Part shown: positions 21,060 through 31,710 of the stretch, piece after piece
Layout of the letters: each line of letters opens with the position of its first letter
Position numbering within the stretch: position 1 is the stretch's first letter
DNA from: a bacterium
Lineage (GTDB): Bacteria > Caldisericota > Caldisericia > UBA6126
Length of the DNA stretch: 64,000 nucleotides
Direction of reading: 5' to 3'
NCBI GenBank assembly: GCA_021372585.1
Contig: JAJFUD010000059.1
Location: 2,035 to 66,034, forward strand
Notes under the pieces: model-generated
The model's database searches: none
What the model saw: only the letters and a program-made list of their open reading frames with translations
Told to the model about the DNA's origin: nothing
Position numbers and translations under genes: made by a program

Positions 21060-22070
21060 TTAATACCCTTTTTCCAAATTCACTTGCCAGATCGGCTTAC
21101 CGGTTTTTAAATAAGCCCTGATGTTCGCCATCGTATCCAGAAGCATCTGATACTGGCCTTCTCGGGAATACCCCCCGATATGAGGAGATATCACTACATT
21201 TGGAAGGACATGAAAAGGCAGTTTACTGGGATATTTCGGTTCTTGTTTATCAATAGGATAGTCGTACCAAACATCCAATCCGGCGTAAAGAATGAATTTT
21301 TCTTGCAAAGCTTTATAAAGAGCAATTTCATTTAAAATTGTCGCCCTTCCCGTGTTGATGATTAATTTATTGGTCAACCAATCTATATTGTCCTGGTTAA
21401 ACAGATCTTTCGTTGATTCTGTCAGAGGAAGAGTGATAAATACGATTTCAGCATCAAGAACGGCTTGATGCAGATCTGTTTCGATAGAATCAAAAAAGGG
21501 CAATGAATCTAAAACGGGATGCTTCTTCCAGCCTTTTACTTCACATTGGAATCCCTCATGAAGGATTTTTGCGAGTAAAGAACCAATCTCGCCAGCTCCC
21601 AGAATAGTACAACGCTTTCCGGTCAATCTCATCCATTGATCAGATTCAGAGAAACCCTTAACGAAACCATGCCAGAGTCCTTGCTGTAAATCCTGATGGT
21701 AGGGTATTATTCTGTGCATTGCGGCTAAGGCTAAGGTAACGGCATGTTCTGCGACAGAGGAAGCGTTTCCGTGCGTGTTAGCAAGCATACAACCGCATTT
21801 ACGTATCGTATCTAATGGTAAAGCATCTGTCCCGGACCAGGGAATAAAGATAATTTTCAGGTTCTTGGCAGACAGTACCTGCTCAGAAGTAATCCGAAAC
21901 GGGATAATCCCCATAGCTTCCGGTAGGAGCGACAGAATATGATCGGTATCCTCTTTCGTAACGAACTCAATATCCGTAAATTCTGCCTTAAGCAACTCAA
22001 TCTGCTCTTTCCATCCTTCTCTCAAAGGACTCAAAAAAAGAATTTTCTGTTTATTCAACATTATCCTCAT
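21060..22070 (-). CDS. D-isomer-specific 2-hydroxyacid dehydrogenase family protein
   Basis: NAD-binding GAGEIGSLLA. Catalytic region typical of the D-2-HADH family. Confidence 0.75.
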   Translation of the reverse strand: MRIMLNKQKILFLSPLREGWKEQIELLKAEFTDIEFVTKEDTDHILSLLPEAMGIIPFRITSEQVLSAKNLKIIFIPWSGTDALPLDTIRKCGCMLANTHGNASSVAEHAVTLALAAMHRIIPYHQDLQQGLWHGFVKGFSESDQWMRLTGKRCTILGAGEIGSLLAKILHEGFQCEVKGWKKHPVLDSLPFFDSIETDLHQAVLDAEIVFITLPLTESTKDLFNQDNIDWLTNKLIINTGRATILNEIALYKALQEKFILYAGLDVWYDYPIDKQEPKYPSKLPFHVLPNVVISPHIGGYSREGQYQMLLDTMANIRAYLKTGKPIWQVNLEKGY

Positions 22071-22746
22071 TATTTGTATCAGTAAGTATTAATTTGACTT
22101 TATCATAAAGGTCTTTTTTCATATTTACGTAAAGAACATCTCCGGATTGGATAATGTCTTTACCGCCAGGTATCAAAACATCATCATTCCTGACTAGTGC
22201 GATAATCAGGGATCCAACAGGCATTTTAAGGTCAGCTAACGTTTTACCGATGGAGATGTAATTATTCTCAATCACAAATCGAAACATGCTTAAACGACTC
22301 TTTTTGTTCAGAAAATCAGGAATAACATGTGTTAGCCCGGCTTCTTTATAGCGAATAGTTTCGAACATCAGTTTCGCAACGATGTTTGTACTGGTAAAAG
22401 TATAATTAATACCCATTTTTTTGAAGATCTGCTCATTACGAGGGTCATTGATCCGGGCAATGGCAATTTTCGCCTTGAAAGCAATTTTTGCGAGCATCGC
22501 AACAACAAAATTAACCTCATCGTTTCCAGAAGCAGAAACAATATAATCAGCTTTCTGAGCGCCCGCAGATTCCAGAATCAAAAAATCTGCCCCATCACCA
22601 TTAATAACAAGGGCGTTTAAGTTGCTGGCAAGAGATTCGCACTTCTCCTTATCTTGTTCAACCAAAGCTACTTTGTAATCTTCATTGATTAATTCCTGAG
22701 CAAGATTAAAACCAACTTTACCGGCACCGACTATCACCACATACAT
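22051..22746 (-). CDS. TrkA/KtrA-type K+ transport regulatory subunit (TrkA-N + TrkA-C)
   Basis: Start placed at MYVVIVGAGKVG after GGGGAGGG RBS. Rossmann GxGxxG. Confidence 0.8.
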   Translation of the reverse strand: MYVVIVGAGKVGFNLAQELINEDYKVALVEQDKEKCESLASNLNALVINGDGADFLILESAGAQKADYIVSASGNDEVNFVVAMLAKIAFKAKIAIARINDPRNEQIFKKMGINYTFTSTNIVAKLMFETIRYKEAGLTHVIPDFLNKKSRLSMFRFVIENNYISIGKTLADLKMPVGSLIIALVRNDDVLIPGGKDIIQSGDVLYVNMKKDLYDKVKLILTDTNNEDNVE

Positions 22747-22829
22747 AATACCCTCCCCAGCATCATAACCATGATGAAGCATGTAATTCTAGGCTTGTAT
22801 TGGGAAAAGTCAAGTAAATTAGCGCGGAA

Positions 22830-23900
22830 TCACCAATAATTCGAGATGATTTCACAGATTCGCTCGGTTGTGTTAGAAGGAAAGAAATTTTTTAAGTTCT
22901 TTTGAAAAGTCTCCCGGTTGTTCCATAACCACTTAAGTGTATCAAGTATCATACTGCCGGTAATGTCATCTTCTTCTAATTTCAAGCTGAGACCGTTTTT
23001 TTCAAATGAGGTGGCATTGGCAATCTGGTCACCACGGCTGTATTTCCGACTCAAGGGGATTAATATACTTGGTTTTTGGAGGGCAGCCAATTCCATAATA
23101 GAATTCGCTCCAGCGCGAGAGATGACAAGATCCGACATCGCATAGAAATGAGTTAATGCTTCCATGGCAAACTCAATCTGGAAATACCCTCTCTTCTCAA
23201 ATAATGAAGGATCGAGATGACCGGTTCCGCAGATATGAAGTATCGAATACTGATCTAATAAAATCGGTAATAATGAGCGAATGTGGTGGTTAATAAAGAC
23301 AGAACCCTGACTACCCCCCATTACCAGAACAATCGGCTTCTCTTTTGGCAGATGGGTGATACTGAAACCTTTCTCTCGATTACCCTGCAAAAGGTAGGAT
23401 CGAATAGGCGTTCCCACCATCTCGCTTTTTTTTGGGTAAGAGGTTGTGGTTTCCGGAAAAGCAGTTAGGATTTTATTGACAAATTTAGCACTCCATCGAT
23501 TGGCTAATCCCGGAGTCATATCAGACTCATGGGCTATCATAGGGATATGTTTTCGATATCCGGCGATGACTACCGGAAATGAAACATAACCGCCCTTAGA
23601 AAAAATTACGTTAGGTTGTATTTCTTGAAGAACCCTTTTGGCTTCCTGAATCCCTTGAACCAGCCATCTTAACTCAAAAAGATTTGAAAAACGCAAAGAA
23701 CGGTTAAATTTTGCACTGTGAATAACATGATAAGAGATTTTCGTGCTTGATTCAATAATTTTCTGTTCAATTCCATCTTTTAAACCAATGTAATGACATT
23801 CTGCATTGTATTGTTGCTGGAGTGCCTCGATAATGGCTAAGTTCGGCATGACGTGACCGGCAGTACCCCCCCCTGTAAAAGCTACCACTTTCTGTTTCAT
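22830..23900 (-). CDS. GT28 glycosyltransferase, MurG-like
   Basis: GGGTAGHVMP and KGGYVSFP/HESD MurG-like motifs. Start overlaps the stop of the upstream MFS gene by 4 bp. Confidence 0.7.
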   Translation of the reverse strand: MKQKVVAFTGGGTAGHVMPNLAIIEALQQQYNAECHYIGLKDGIEQKIIESSTKISYHVIHSAKFNRSLRFSNLFELRWLVQGIQEAKRVLQEIQPNVIFSKGGYVSFPVVIAGYRKHIPMIAHESDMTPGLANRWSAKFVNKILTAFPETTTSYPKKSEMVGTPIRSYLLQGNREKGFSITHLPKEKPIVLVMGGSQGSVFINHHIRSLLPILLDQYSILHICGTGHLDPSLFEKRGYFQIEFAMEALTHFYAMSDLVISRAGANSIMELAALQKPSILIPLSRKYSRGDQIANATSFEKNGLSLKLEEDDITGSMILDTLKWLWNNRETFQKNLKNFFPSNTTERICEIISNYW

Positions 23901-25168
23901 TCGGATTCTTTGGTAAGCAACTGGTTTGAAATAGAAACAGATTTTTGGTTCTTAAAAAAAATCCAGGAAATGATAATCGTACAAATGATACCAATGATAC
24001 CACTAACCAGATAGGTTCCCCTGGCACCGATCCAGGAGGACAATGCGCCGGCATAAATCGAACCAATGGGAGCAATCCCAACAAAAACAAAAGAATATAC
24101 TGACATGACACGACCACGGTGAATATCATCTGATTCCATCTGAATAGAAGAGTTACAGAGAGTGGAAAACAACACCATAAAAAAGGCGATAAAGCTCATA
24201 ATGAATGCGGACAAAGCAATACGTCCGGAAAAACTTAACAGAATTTGGGTAATCGAAAAACAAAAACTTATCCAAAAGATCTGTTTCATCGTCGGATTTT
24301 TCCAACGAAGCAGAATCACCAACAATGCTCCTATCAAAGCACCCACTCCCATTGAGGTCATCAGGAAGCTAAGCCCCGAAGCATCACTCTTTAAATCCAT
24401 TTTGGCTAAAACAGGATTTAACAACCCGAAGTTCATTAAGAACAAGCTCATCACCAAGAACACAGAAAACAACACGCGCATTCTTTCATTATGGACCACA
24501 TACTGAAGACCATCCATCATGTTTTTCAGGATTCTCTCCGGTTTTGATTGTCTTTTTGGCATTCGGACCGGCGTATCAATTCTAATTAACTGAATGATTA
24601 ACGGTAAATAGGAAAATGCGTTGATAATAAAACAGATCGCTATGCCTACTTTATTGATAAGGATACCAGCTATTGCGGGTCCTATGATTCTGGATAGATT
24701 AAAAACGGAAGAATTTAGTGCGATCGCATTCATTAAATCTTCTTTACCAACTAATTCCATGACATAGGACTGTCTGGCAGGCATATCAATCGTATTCAGA
24801 ACACCGAATATTAAGGCAATTACTAAAATTTGAGGATAGGTGATCAGGTTATATTTTGTAAGCAGTCCTAACAAAAGGGCTGTAATCGCTAAACCTGTCT
24901 GTGTCAGAATCAGTATCATTTTTTTTGGATACAGATCTACGAAAGAACCTGCTAAGAAGGAGAAGAGCATAACTGGCAGGGTTTGAAATGCAGATACCAG
25001 CCCAAGTAAAAAAGGAGAGTTCGTTAAAGTAAGTACTAACCATGGTTGAGCGATATTTTGCATCCAGGAACCAAGTGTTGAAATCAATTGGCCTGATAGG
25101 AACATCTTGAAATTGCGATGAGTCAGAGAGGGAAAAGATTTTTTTAGGTTGCTAAATTTAATGTCCAT
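23897..25168 (-). CDS. MFS transporter
   Basis: 423 aa with 12 predicted TM segments. Confidence 0.8.
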   Translation of the reverse strand: MDIKFSNLKKSFPSLTHRNFKMFLSGQLISTLGSWMQNIAQPWLVLTLTNSPFLLGLVSAFQTLPVMLFSFLAGSFVDLYPKKMILILTQTGLAITALLLGLLTKYNLITYPQILVIALIFGVLNTIDMPARQSYVMELVGKEDLMNAIALNSSVFNLSRIIGPAIAGILINKVGIAICFIINAFSYLPLIIQLIRIDTPVRMPKRQSKPERILKNMMDGLQYVVHNERMRVLFSVFLVMSLFLMNFGLLNPVLAKMDLKSDASGLSFLMTSMGVGALIGALLVILLRWKNPTMKQIFWISFCFSITQILLSFSGRIALSAFIMSFIAFFMVLFSTLCNSSIQMESDDIHRGRVMSVYSFVFVGIAPIGSIYAGALSSWIGARGTYLVSGIIGIICTIIISWIFFKNQKSVSISNQLLTKESE

Positions 25169-25211
25169 TATACGAATTATATCAAAATTAGAAAAAACAG
25201 TTAGGTTATGG

Positions 25212-26336
25212 TCAGGTCAGTTTTTTATCAAGATCTTCCAATATCTTTTTTCCCTCTTTATCGAGTTGAGAAAAGGAAGGAACATTAATTGTCACCAATA
25301 CTGTCAGTTTCCCTCTTCTGGATATATTACCCGGGGTAGGCAAGCCTTTGTTCTTAAGTATAAAAGTCTTTCCGGATTCTGTTCCAGGCGGTATTTTTAA
25401 TTTTTCTACTCCGTATAGGGTTGGAATATCAAGAGTAGTTCCAATCACAGCTTTCGGATAGGAGATCACAGCCCTATAAAAGAGATCATTTTCATCTCTT
25501 TCAAACAATGGATGTTTTTTCAATTTAATATATAGATAAAGATCTCCGTTAGCTCCACCGTTCTCAGCAGCATTGCCAAATCCACGGTAGCGTATTTTTG
25601 TGCCGTCATTTATTCCAGGCGGGATATCCAGGTCAAGGATCTTTTTTACGCGGGTTCTGCCGGTTCCCTTGCAGGACGGACAAGGTTCTTTAATCAGTTT
25701 CCCTTTTCCTTTGCAATCCGGACAGACAGCAACCGTTCTAAACTGCATAAAGCCGTTGCTTTGAATCACCGTTACCTGGCCGGAACCCTTACATTTCGGA
25801 CAAGTTTCTGAAGCGGATCCTCTTTTTGCACCGGAACCTCCACAGGAAGTGCAAGTTTCGTATCGATCAAGCTCTATCTTAATTTTTTTACCGGTGATAG
25901 CTTCTTCGAGAGTCAATTGAGTTTCAAAAGAGATATCAGTACCCCTGGCAGCATAATCCTGTCGACTATTTTGACGATAAAATGTATCTGATTGTGAACT
26001 ACCACCACTAAAAAAATTATTCAGTATATCATCGAAAATAGAGCCTGATGATCCGCCCCGGAAGAAATCGCCAGCATTACCGGAGAATCCACCGTAATCA
26101 GCGGTTTGATCCATATTTAATCCGGCTTCCCCGTACATATCATATTTTTTTCTTTTTTCCGGATCAGATAAAGTGTTGTAGGCTTCATTGATCTCAGACA
26201 TTTTTTGAGTAGCGTTCGCCTCTTTATTCACATCCGGATGAAATTGCATTACAAGGCGCCTATAAGCGCCTTGTATTTCTTCCTGAGAAGAACCCTTATT
26301 GACACCTAAAACTTCATAATAATCTTTTGCAGCCAA
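25212..26336 (-). CDS. dnaJ: Molecular chaperone DnaJ
   Basis: J-domain with HPD. Gly/Phe-rich linker. Four CxxCxGxG zinc-finger repeats. Confidence 0.95.
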   Translation of the reverse strand: MAAKDYYEVLGVNKGSSQEEIQGAYRRLVMQFHPDVNKEANATQKMSEINEAYNTLSDPEKRKKYDMYGEAGLNMDQTADYGGFSGNAGDFFRGGSSGSIFDDILNNFFSGGSSQSDTFYRQNSRQDYAARGTDISFETQLTLEEAITGKKIKIELDRYETCTSCGGSGAKRGSASETCPKCKGSGQVTVIQSNGFMQFRTVAVCPDCKGKGKLIKEPCPSCKGTGRTRVKKILDLDIPPGINDGTKIRYRGFGNAAENGGANGDLYLYIKLKKHPLFERDENDLFYRAVISYPKAVIGTTLDIPTLYGVEKLKIPPGTESGKTFILKNKGLPTPGNISRRGKLTVLVTINVPSFSQLDKEGKKILEDLDKKLT

Positions 26337-26371
26337 TTTTTCACCTAACTTTTAGTGTTGAGTATTAACCA

Positions 26372-28213
26372 TTATACCTCTTTTGCATTTCCATCAACGG
26401 CTGGTTCATCGTTTCCGTTTTGATTAGGTTGTTCAGGCTCTCCTGTAGGAGTTTCCTGTTGAGGTTGCTGCTTATAAGCTTGTTCTCCGATTTTGGATAT
26501 TTTTTGGGAAACATCCTCCATTTTTGCTTGCAATTCATCATTTTTATTATTCTTCAGAGCCTCTTCTAAATCCTGGATACTCTTTTCGGCATCTTCAATC
26601 AAAGGTGCATCGACTTTGCCTTTAAAATCAGCAATCGTTTTTTTGGCAGTATATAAAAGTGTATCTGCCCGGTTCTTTGTCTCGACTTCTTCCATACGTT
26701 TCTTATCCTGGTCCAGAAAATCCTCTGCTTGCTTTTTCATGGATTCAATATCATCTTTGCTGAGTTTGTTCGCATTAGAGATAGTAATATGTTGTTCTTT
26801 TCCGGTCGCCTTATCTTTGGCGCTAACCGTAACAATACCATTGGCATCAATCGCATAAGATACTTCAATCTGGGGAATACCTCTTGGAGCTGGCGGTATA
26901 CCATCCAGCATGAATTTACCTAGTGAGATATTATCACTGGCCATCGACCGCTCTCCCTGAAGCACATGGATTTCAACACTGGTCTGGTTGTCTGAGGCAG
27001 TGCTAAAAATCTGTGATTTGGAATTGGGTATGGCGGTATTGCGTTCAATCATCTTGGTGAAAACTCCTCCTAAGGTCTCGATTCCAAGGCTTAATGGAGT
27101 AACATCCACCAGTACTACATTTTTCACATCTCCGGAGATGATTCCGCCTTGAATGGCAGCGCCCATAGCAACGCATTCCATTGGGTCCACTCCGCGTTCC
27201 GGAGTTTTATTCATGAAAGATTCGATTGCTTTTTGAACGATCGGCATGCGGGTGGGTCCGCCAACCAGGAGAATCTTGTTGATATCCAGAGGGGTTGAGT
27301 TTGCATCTCGCAGCGCTTGTTCAAGCGGATGCTGAATTCTGTCGATAATCGGCTTGACCAATGCTTCCAGTTTTGCGCGGGTGATCTTCATGTTTAAATG
27401 TAATGGCGTGTTTTGGCTGTCAATTGTGATGAATGGTAAATTTATATCAGTTTCTAAAACAGTAGAGAGCTCAATTTTCGCCTTTTCAACAGCTTCAAAC
27501 AATCGGCGATACACATTGGGATCTTTCCGCAGGTCTACAGATTTGTCTTTCAAGAATTCATCGCAGATATAATCATAGATTACTTTATCCATATCCGTTC
27601 CACCAAGTTTTGTGTCTCCGGAAGTGGATACAACCTCGAATACGCCACCACCAAAAGACATGATGGTGACATCCAGCGTTCCTCCGCCGAAATCTACTAC
27701 CATAATCTTCAGGTTAGCTTCAGTCTTGTCAAGCCCATAAGCAAAAGCGGCTGCGGTCGGCTCATTGACCAATCGAACCACATCAAGACCCGCAATCGAT
27801 CCTGCATCTTTTGTAGCTTGCCTCTGGTCATCGTTAAAATAAGCTGGCACAGTAATGACTGCTTGTGAAACAGGCTCACCGAGATAAGCCTCCGCGTCTT
27901 TTTTCATCTTTTGAAGAATAAAAGCCGAGATCTGCTGTGGTGTATAAGTTTTATCAAATATAGTCACATTCTCTCTTGAACCCATTTTTCTCTTGATAGC
28001 GGTGATAGTACCTTCCGGATTCAGAGCAGATTGTCTTCTAGCCGGTTCACCAACTAACATTTGTCCATCTTTTGTAAAACTCACGTAAGAAGGGGTTGTC
28101 TTTCCTCCCACGCTGGTACCTTCGGCAGCAGGTATAATGACTGGCTTCCCTCCCACCATTACTGCAGCTGCGGAATTGGATGTACCAAGATCAATTCCAA
28201 TTATTTTTGACAT
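26372..28213 (-). CDS. dnaK: Molecular chaperone DnaK (Hsp70)
   Basis: [18 protein letters not shown] and other Hsp70 signatures. RBS AAGGAGG. Confidence 0.97.
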   Translation of the reverse strand: MSKIIGIDLGTSNSAAAVMVGGKPVIIPAAEGTSVGGKTTPSYVSFTKDGQMLVGEPARRQSALNPEGTITAIKRKMGSRENVTIFDKTYTPQQISAFILQKMKKDAEAYLGEPVSQAVITVPAYFNDDQRQATKDAGSIAGLDVVRLVNEPTAAAFAYGLDKTEANLKIMVVDFGGGTLDVTIMSFGGGVFEVVSTSGDTKLGGTDMDKVIYDYICDEFLKDKSVDLRKDPNVYRRLFEAVEKAKIELSTVLETDINLPFITIDSQNTPLHLNMKITRAKLEALVKPIIDRIQHPLEQALRDANSTPLDINKILLVGGPTRMPIVQKAIESFMNKTPERGVDPMECVAMGAAIQGGIISGDVKNVVLVDVTPLSLGIETLGGVFTKMIERNTAIPNSKSQIFSTASDNQTSVEIHVLQGERSMASDNISLGKFMLDGIPPAPRGIPQIEVSYAIDANGIVTVSAKDKATGKEQHITISNANKLSKDDIESMKKQAEDFLDQDKKRMEEVETKNRADTLLYTAKKTIADFKGKVDAPLIEDAEKSIQDLEEALKNNKNDELQAKMEDVSQKISKIGEQAYKQQPQQETPTGEPEQPNQNGNDEPAVDGNAKEV

Positions 28214-28270
28214 TTAATGCCTCCTTGCATGATTAATTTTTCTTTCATAGCTTTAATATTCCCAAATTGC

Positions 28271-28810
28271 TTATTCTTCCTTTTTTTTCTTGTTCACAAG
28301 AACAATCGCCGGGCGGATCACTTTTTGCTGGCAAAGGTATCCATCCTGAATGACCTGTATCACCATATCGTCGTCAATCCCTTCCATGCTGACAATGCCG
28401 CCAAGTTCGTGTAAGTTTGGATCAAATCTTTTGCCGATAGGACTCATTTTTTCTACATCCAGTGATTGAAACATTTTTTCAAATTCTTTGCTGATTAACT
28501 CCATCCCCTCAAGCACAGTCACTAAATTTTCTGTTTTTTCTGCTGCAGCTTTGATTCTGAGCATATGGTCGGATACATCAAACAGGTGTTTCGCTACTTC
28601 AGCGGTGATACATGCTTTCTGAAAAATCTTTTCCCTCTCAAAAATATTTCGGATATTAGAGATTTCATGAGTTAGAAAACTGTTTGAATCCCGTATTGCC
28701 TGGTTTTCTCGTTGTAATTCAAGATAAAGATCGGCTAAGTCCTCGATAAATACACCGTCATTCCATTCGGTACCAATTTCTACTTTCTTTGTATCCCGCA
28801 GTTTTTTCAC
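28271..28810 (-). CDS. grpE: Nucleotide exchange factor GrpE
   Basis: 179 aa GrpE-like coiled-coil and beta domain. First gene of the grpE-dnaK-dnaJ operon. Confidence 0.85.
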   Translation of the reverse strand: MKKLRDTKKVEIGTEWNDGVFIEDLADLYLELQRENQAIRDSNSFLTHEISNIRNIFEREKIFQKACITAEVAKHLFDVSDHMLRIKAAAEKTENLVTVLEGMELISKEFEKMFQSLDVEKMSPIGKRFDPNLHELGGIVSMEGIDDDMVIQVIQDGYLCQQKVIRPAIVLVNKKKKEE

Positions 28811-28825
28811 TTTTTTTACCCTTCT

Positions 28826-28864
28826 AAAATTGGGTGCTCACTTCTCTTGAATATTCCCAATTTT
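28826..28864. promoter_or_regulatory. Inverted repeat AAAATTGGG-N21-CCCAATTTT immediately upstream of the grpE start (candidate operator; not CIRCE)
   Basis: Read directly. No TTAGCACTC-N9-GAGTGCTAA element in the 145-bp upstream region. Confidence 0.3.
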
Positions 28865-28955
28865 TAAAAAATTGAAAAAAAATTCATTTGTAACCCATTT
28901 AAAAACTTTTAGAATACTATATTACACTACCATTTTTTAAGTTAAGGGAGTCTGG

Positions 28956-30158
28956 ATGAAAATATTGGTTTTGAATTGTGGCAGTTCTTCGATTAAGTAT
29001 AAGCTTTACGAGATGGACAACGAGACAGAGCTGGCTTCCGGCCTTGCAGAGAGAATCGGGTCTGAAGTAGCCGGTTTTCGTTATAAAAACTTGGCTGGTG
29101 CTGATAAAAAAGAAACTTTACCAATTCACAACCATGCTGACGGAATCAAAATAATCCTTCAATATTTGACGGATCCCGTAGACGGCGTAATAAAAAATGT
29201 CAGCGAAATCACAGCTTGCGGTCATCGCATAGTACACGGCGGAGAAAAATTTTCCTCCTCTGTCAAGATTACTCAGGAAGTCATTGACGAAGTAAAAAGA
29301 TGCATTCCGTTGGCTCCATTACACAATCCCCCGAATTTAACAGGAGTACTGGCCTGTCAGGACATTATGAAAGAAACTCCACAAATCGCAGTTTTCGACA
29401 CCGCATATCACCAGACTATACCAAATTATGCCTTTATGTATGCCCTGCCAAGTGACTTATACAAGCAAGATCGTGTTCGTCGATACGGTTTTCACGGTAC
29501 ATCTCATCGATTCGTTGCTCTGGAATGTTCTAAAATGCTGGGGAAAGCGATTGAAACATTGAAGATCATCGCCTGCCATCTGGGTAACGGGAGTTCGATT
29601 GCTGCTATCAATCAAGGAAAATCAATAGATACTACCATGGGTTTCACCCCATTGGAAGGAATCATGATGGGTACAAGATCCGGGACAATTGATCCTGCAA
29701 TTGTGCTTTTTCTCATGAGAGAAAAACACCTGACGATGGATCAAGTAGACAATTTACTGAATAAACAATCCGGATTTTTAGGGGTATCCAATATTTCCAA
29801 TGATTTACGGGATATCACCAAAGCTGCAAAAGAAGGGAATGAATTAGCTTCCCTTTCATTAGAGATGTGTTCTTATCAACTGAAAAAATTTATCGGTTCC
29901 TATATTGCAGCCATGAATGGAGTGGATGCTATTGTCTTCACCGGAGGAGTCGGTGAAAATACCGAAGAAATCCGTGAATCGTCCATGAGTCACATGGAAT
30001 ACTTTGGAATTCAACTTGATCATCAAAAGAATTTGACAGACATGAAAAAATCCAGAATAATATCCACCGATACTTCCCCTGTCAAAATAATGGTCATCTT
30101 CACGAACGAAGAGATCATGATCGCCAGAGATACGCTGACTATTTTGCAACAATCCTGA
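28956..30158 (+). CDS. ackA: Acetate kinase
   Basis: MKILVLNCGSSSIKY N-terminus and ASKHP-family motifs. Sigma-70-like TTGTAA-N17-AGAATA upstream. Confidence 0.95.
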   Translation: MKILVLNCGSSSIKYKLYEMDNETELASGLAERIGSEVAGFRYKNLAGADKKETLPIHNHADGIKIILQYLTDPVDGVIKNVSEITACGHRIVHGGEKFSSSVKITQEVIDEVKRCIPLAPLHNPPNLTGVLACQDIMKETPQIAVFDTAYHQTIPNYAFMYALPSDLYKQDRVRRYGFHGTSHRFVALECSKMLGKAIETLKIIACHLGNGSSIAAINQGKSIDTTMGFTPLEGIMMGTRSGTIDPAIVLFLMREKHLTMDQVDNLLNKQSGFLGVSNISNDLRDITKAAKEGNELASLSLEMCSYQLKKFIGSYIAAMNGVDAIVFTGGVGENTEEIRESSMSHMEYFGIQLDHQKNLTDMKKSRIISTDTSPVKIMVIFTNEEIMIARDTLTILQQS

Positions 30159-30321
30159 TGAACATCAACGAAGCGTTATTGGATAAATTGTGTGCATTGG
30201 CTTATTTAGAATTGGAGTCTTTTGAAAGAGCTGCCATATTAAAAAGCCTGAATCAATTGGTCCATGATTTTTCCAAGATCAAGGAAGTTGAGAGTCTGTC
30301 TGAAGATTCAGATCCATGTTG
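30159..30321 (+). CDS. gatC: Glu/Asp-tRNA amidotransferase subunit C, unusually short (54 aa)
   Basis: ORF missed by the 60-aa cutoff. MNINEALLDKLCALAYLELESFERAAILKSLNQLVHDF... aligns with the N-terminal half of GatC. Overlaps gatA start by 7 bp. Confidence 0.55.
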
Positions 30322-31710
30322 AGTTCAAAAATTACTATTCACAGTCTTCATCAATCCTATCTTTCTAATCCTGATTCGCTTTTTACTCATTTACAGGCAT
30401 ATACCCGGAGAATCCGTGAAAAAAATGAATCTATAAGAGCTTTTCTCTATATTCAAGAATTAAAACAGCCTTATTTCCCTTCTGTACCGAAAATGCTTCC
30501 CCCTTTGTTCGGGATTCCTATTGCCATTAAAGACAATATTTGGGTCGAAAATATGCCTTGCACTTCTGCTTCTAAAATGCTAGAAACTTTTATTCCTCCA
30601 GAAGATGCTACGGTTATCAAGCGAATAAAACAAGCCGGAGGTTTAATCTCTGGCAAAACCAATATGGATGAATTTGCTATGGGATCTTCAACCGAAAACT
30701 CCGCTTTTTTCCCAACCAGAAATCCTTACCATTTAGATTATGTGCCAGGCGGATCATCAGGCGGTTCTACTGCTGCCGTTGCAGCTGATATGTCATTATG
30801 TGCACTTGGGTCTGATACAGGGGGCTCTATTCGACAACCAGCTTCTTTTTGTGGAGTTGTTGGTATCCGTCCCACCTATGGATTAGTGTCCCGCCACGGA
30901 TTAATCGGTTTCTCCTCTTCCCTTGACCAGATCGGACCGATTGCCAGAACCGTGGAAGACGCTTTCCAGCTTCTTTCCGTGATTGCCGGATACGATGAAT
31001 CAGATGACACCTCGCTCCCGGTTCAATGGAAGGATCTGACAGAAAAAAAACCTACTACTATTGCCGTACTGGATGAAATTGAACACCTTGAAATGGATAA
31101 GGAAGTCTTTGATTTGTATCAAAAATGTAAACAATGGCTAGCAAAACACTTTCGTATTATCACTTGTCATATACCTTCTTTTCAATATGCTCTCTCTGCT
31201 TATCATATTATTGCAGACTCAGAAGCCTCTTCGAATCTCTCGAGAATGGGTGGTGATTCTGCTTTTTATCCTCCTTTTGAAGAATCCTATGAAAAAACTG
31301 TCATTGAACTTCGTACCAGCAAACTTGGAGAAGAAGTAAAGAGACGTATTCTTCTCGGAGCTTTCACATTATCTTCCCGTTTTAAAGAAGGGTATTATCA
31401 ACATGCTTTTTACGCCAAAGAACATATCAAGCGAGAATTTGAATTTGTTTTTCAGCAAGCCGATGCCATTTTTACCCCTACCACTATCACGGCTGCATTC
31501 CCATTTGGTACGCGCATGGATCCAAGAAAAATGTATTATTCCGATATATGTACTATTCCTTCCGCATTAGCTGGTTTACCCGCCTTGAGTATACCTGTTG
31601 GCTTGAATGAAAACGGGCTTCCTGTTGGTATGCAGTTTATCGGCAATCCTCTATCCGAAAAGACTCTTTACCGGTTATCTCAATGGATGGAAACGAGTTG
31701 GCATGCGTAA
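30316..31710 (+). CDS. gatA: Glu/Asp-tRNA amidotransferase subunit A (amidase signature family)
   Basis: Amidase signature region GGSSGGS...GSDTGGSIR. 464 aa. Followed by gatB. Confidence 0.9.
   Translation: MLSSKITIHSLHQSYLSNPDSLFTHLQAYTRRIREKNESIRAFLYIQELKQPYFPSVPKMLPPLFGIPIAIKDNIWVENMPCTSASKMLETFIPPEDATVIKRIKQAGGLISGKTNMDEFAMGSSTENSAFFPTRNPYHLDYVPGGSSGGSTAAVAADMSLCALGSDTGGSIRQPASFCGVVGIRPTYGLVSRHGLIGFSSSLDQIGPIARTVEDAFQLLSVIAGYDESDDTSLPVQWKDLTEKKPTTIAVLDEIEHLEMDKEVFDLYQKCKQWLAKHFRIITCHIPSFQYALSAYHIIADSEASSNLSRMGGDSAFYPPFEESYEKTVIELRTSKLGEEVKRRILLGAFTLSSRFKEGYYQHAFYAKEHIKREFEFVFQQADAIFTPTTITAAFPFGTRMDPRKMYYSDICTIPSALAGLPALSIPVGLNENGLPVGMQFIGNPLSEKTLYRLSQWMETSWHA

Noticed and set aside
22747-22782. 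Upstream extension of the TrkA-like ORF (MLHHGYDAGEGI...)
   Set aside because: The GGGGAGGG RBS sits just before the internal ATG (MYVVIVGAGKVG), which also gives the canonical Rossmann N-terminus.
28811-28955. CIRCE/HrcA operator upstream of grpE
   Set aside because: No match to TTAGCACTC-N9-GAGTGCTAA. Only the unrelated AAAATTGGG/CCCAATTTT inverted repeat is present.
31607-31702. ORF-track start of gatB at 31607, about 100 bp inside gatA
   Set aside because: The in-frame ATG at 31703 gives the canonical GatB N-terminus MRKLVIGLEIH and only an 8-bp overlap. The upstream extension is just gatA sequence in another frame.
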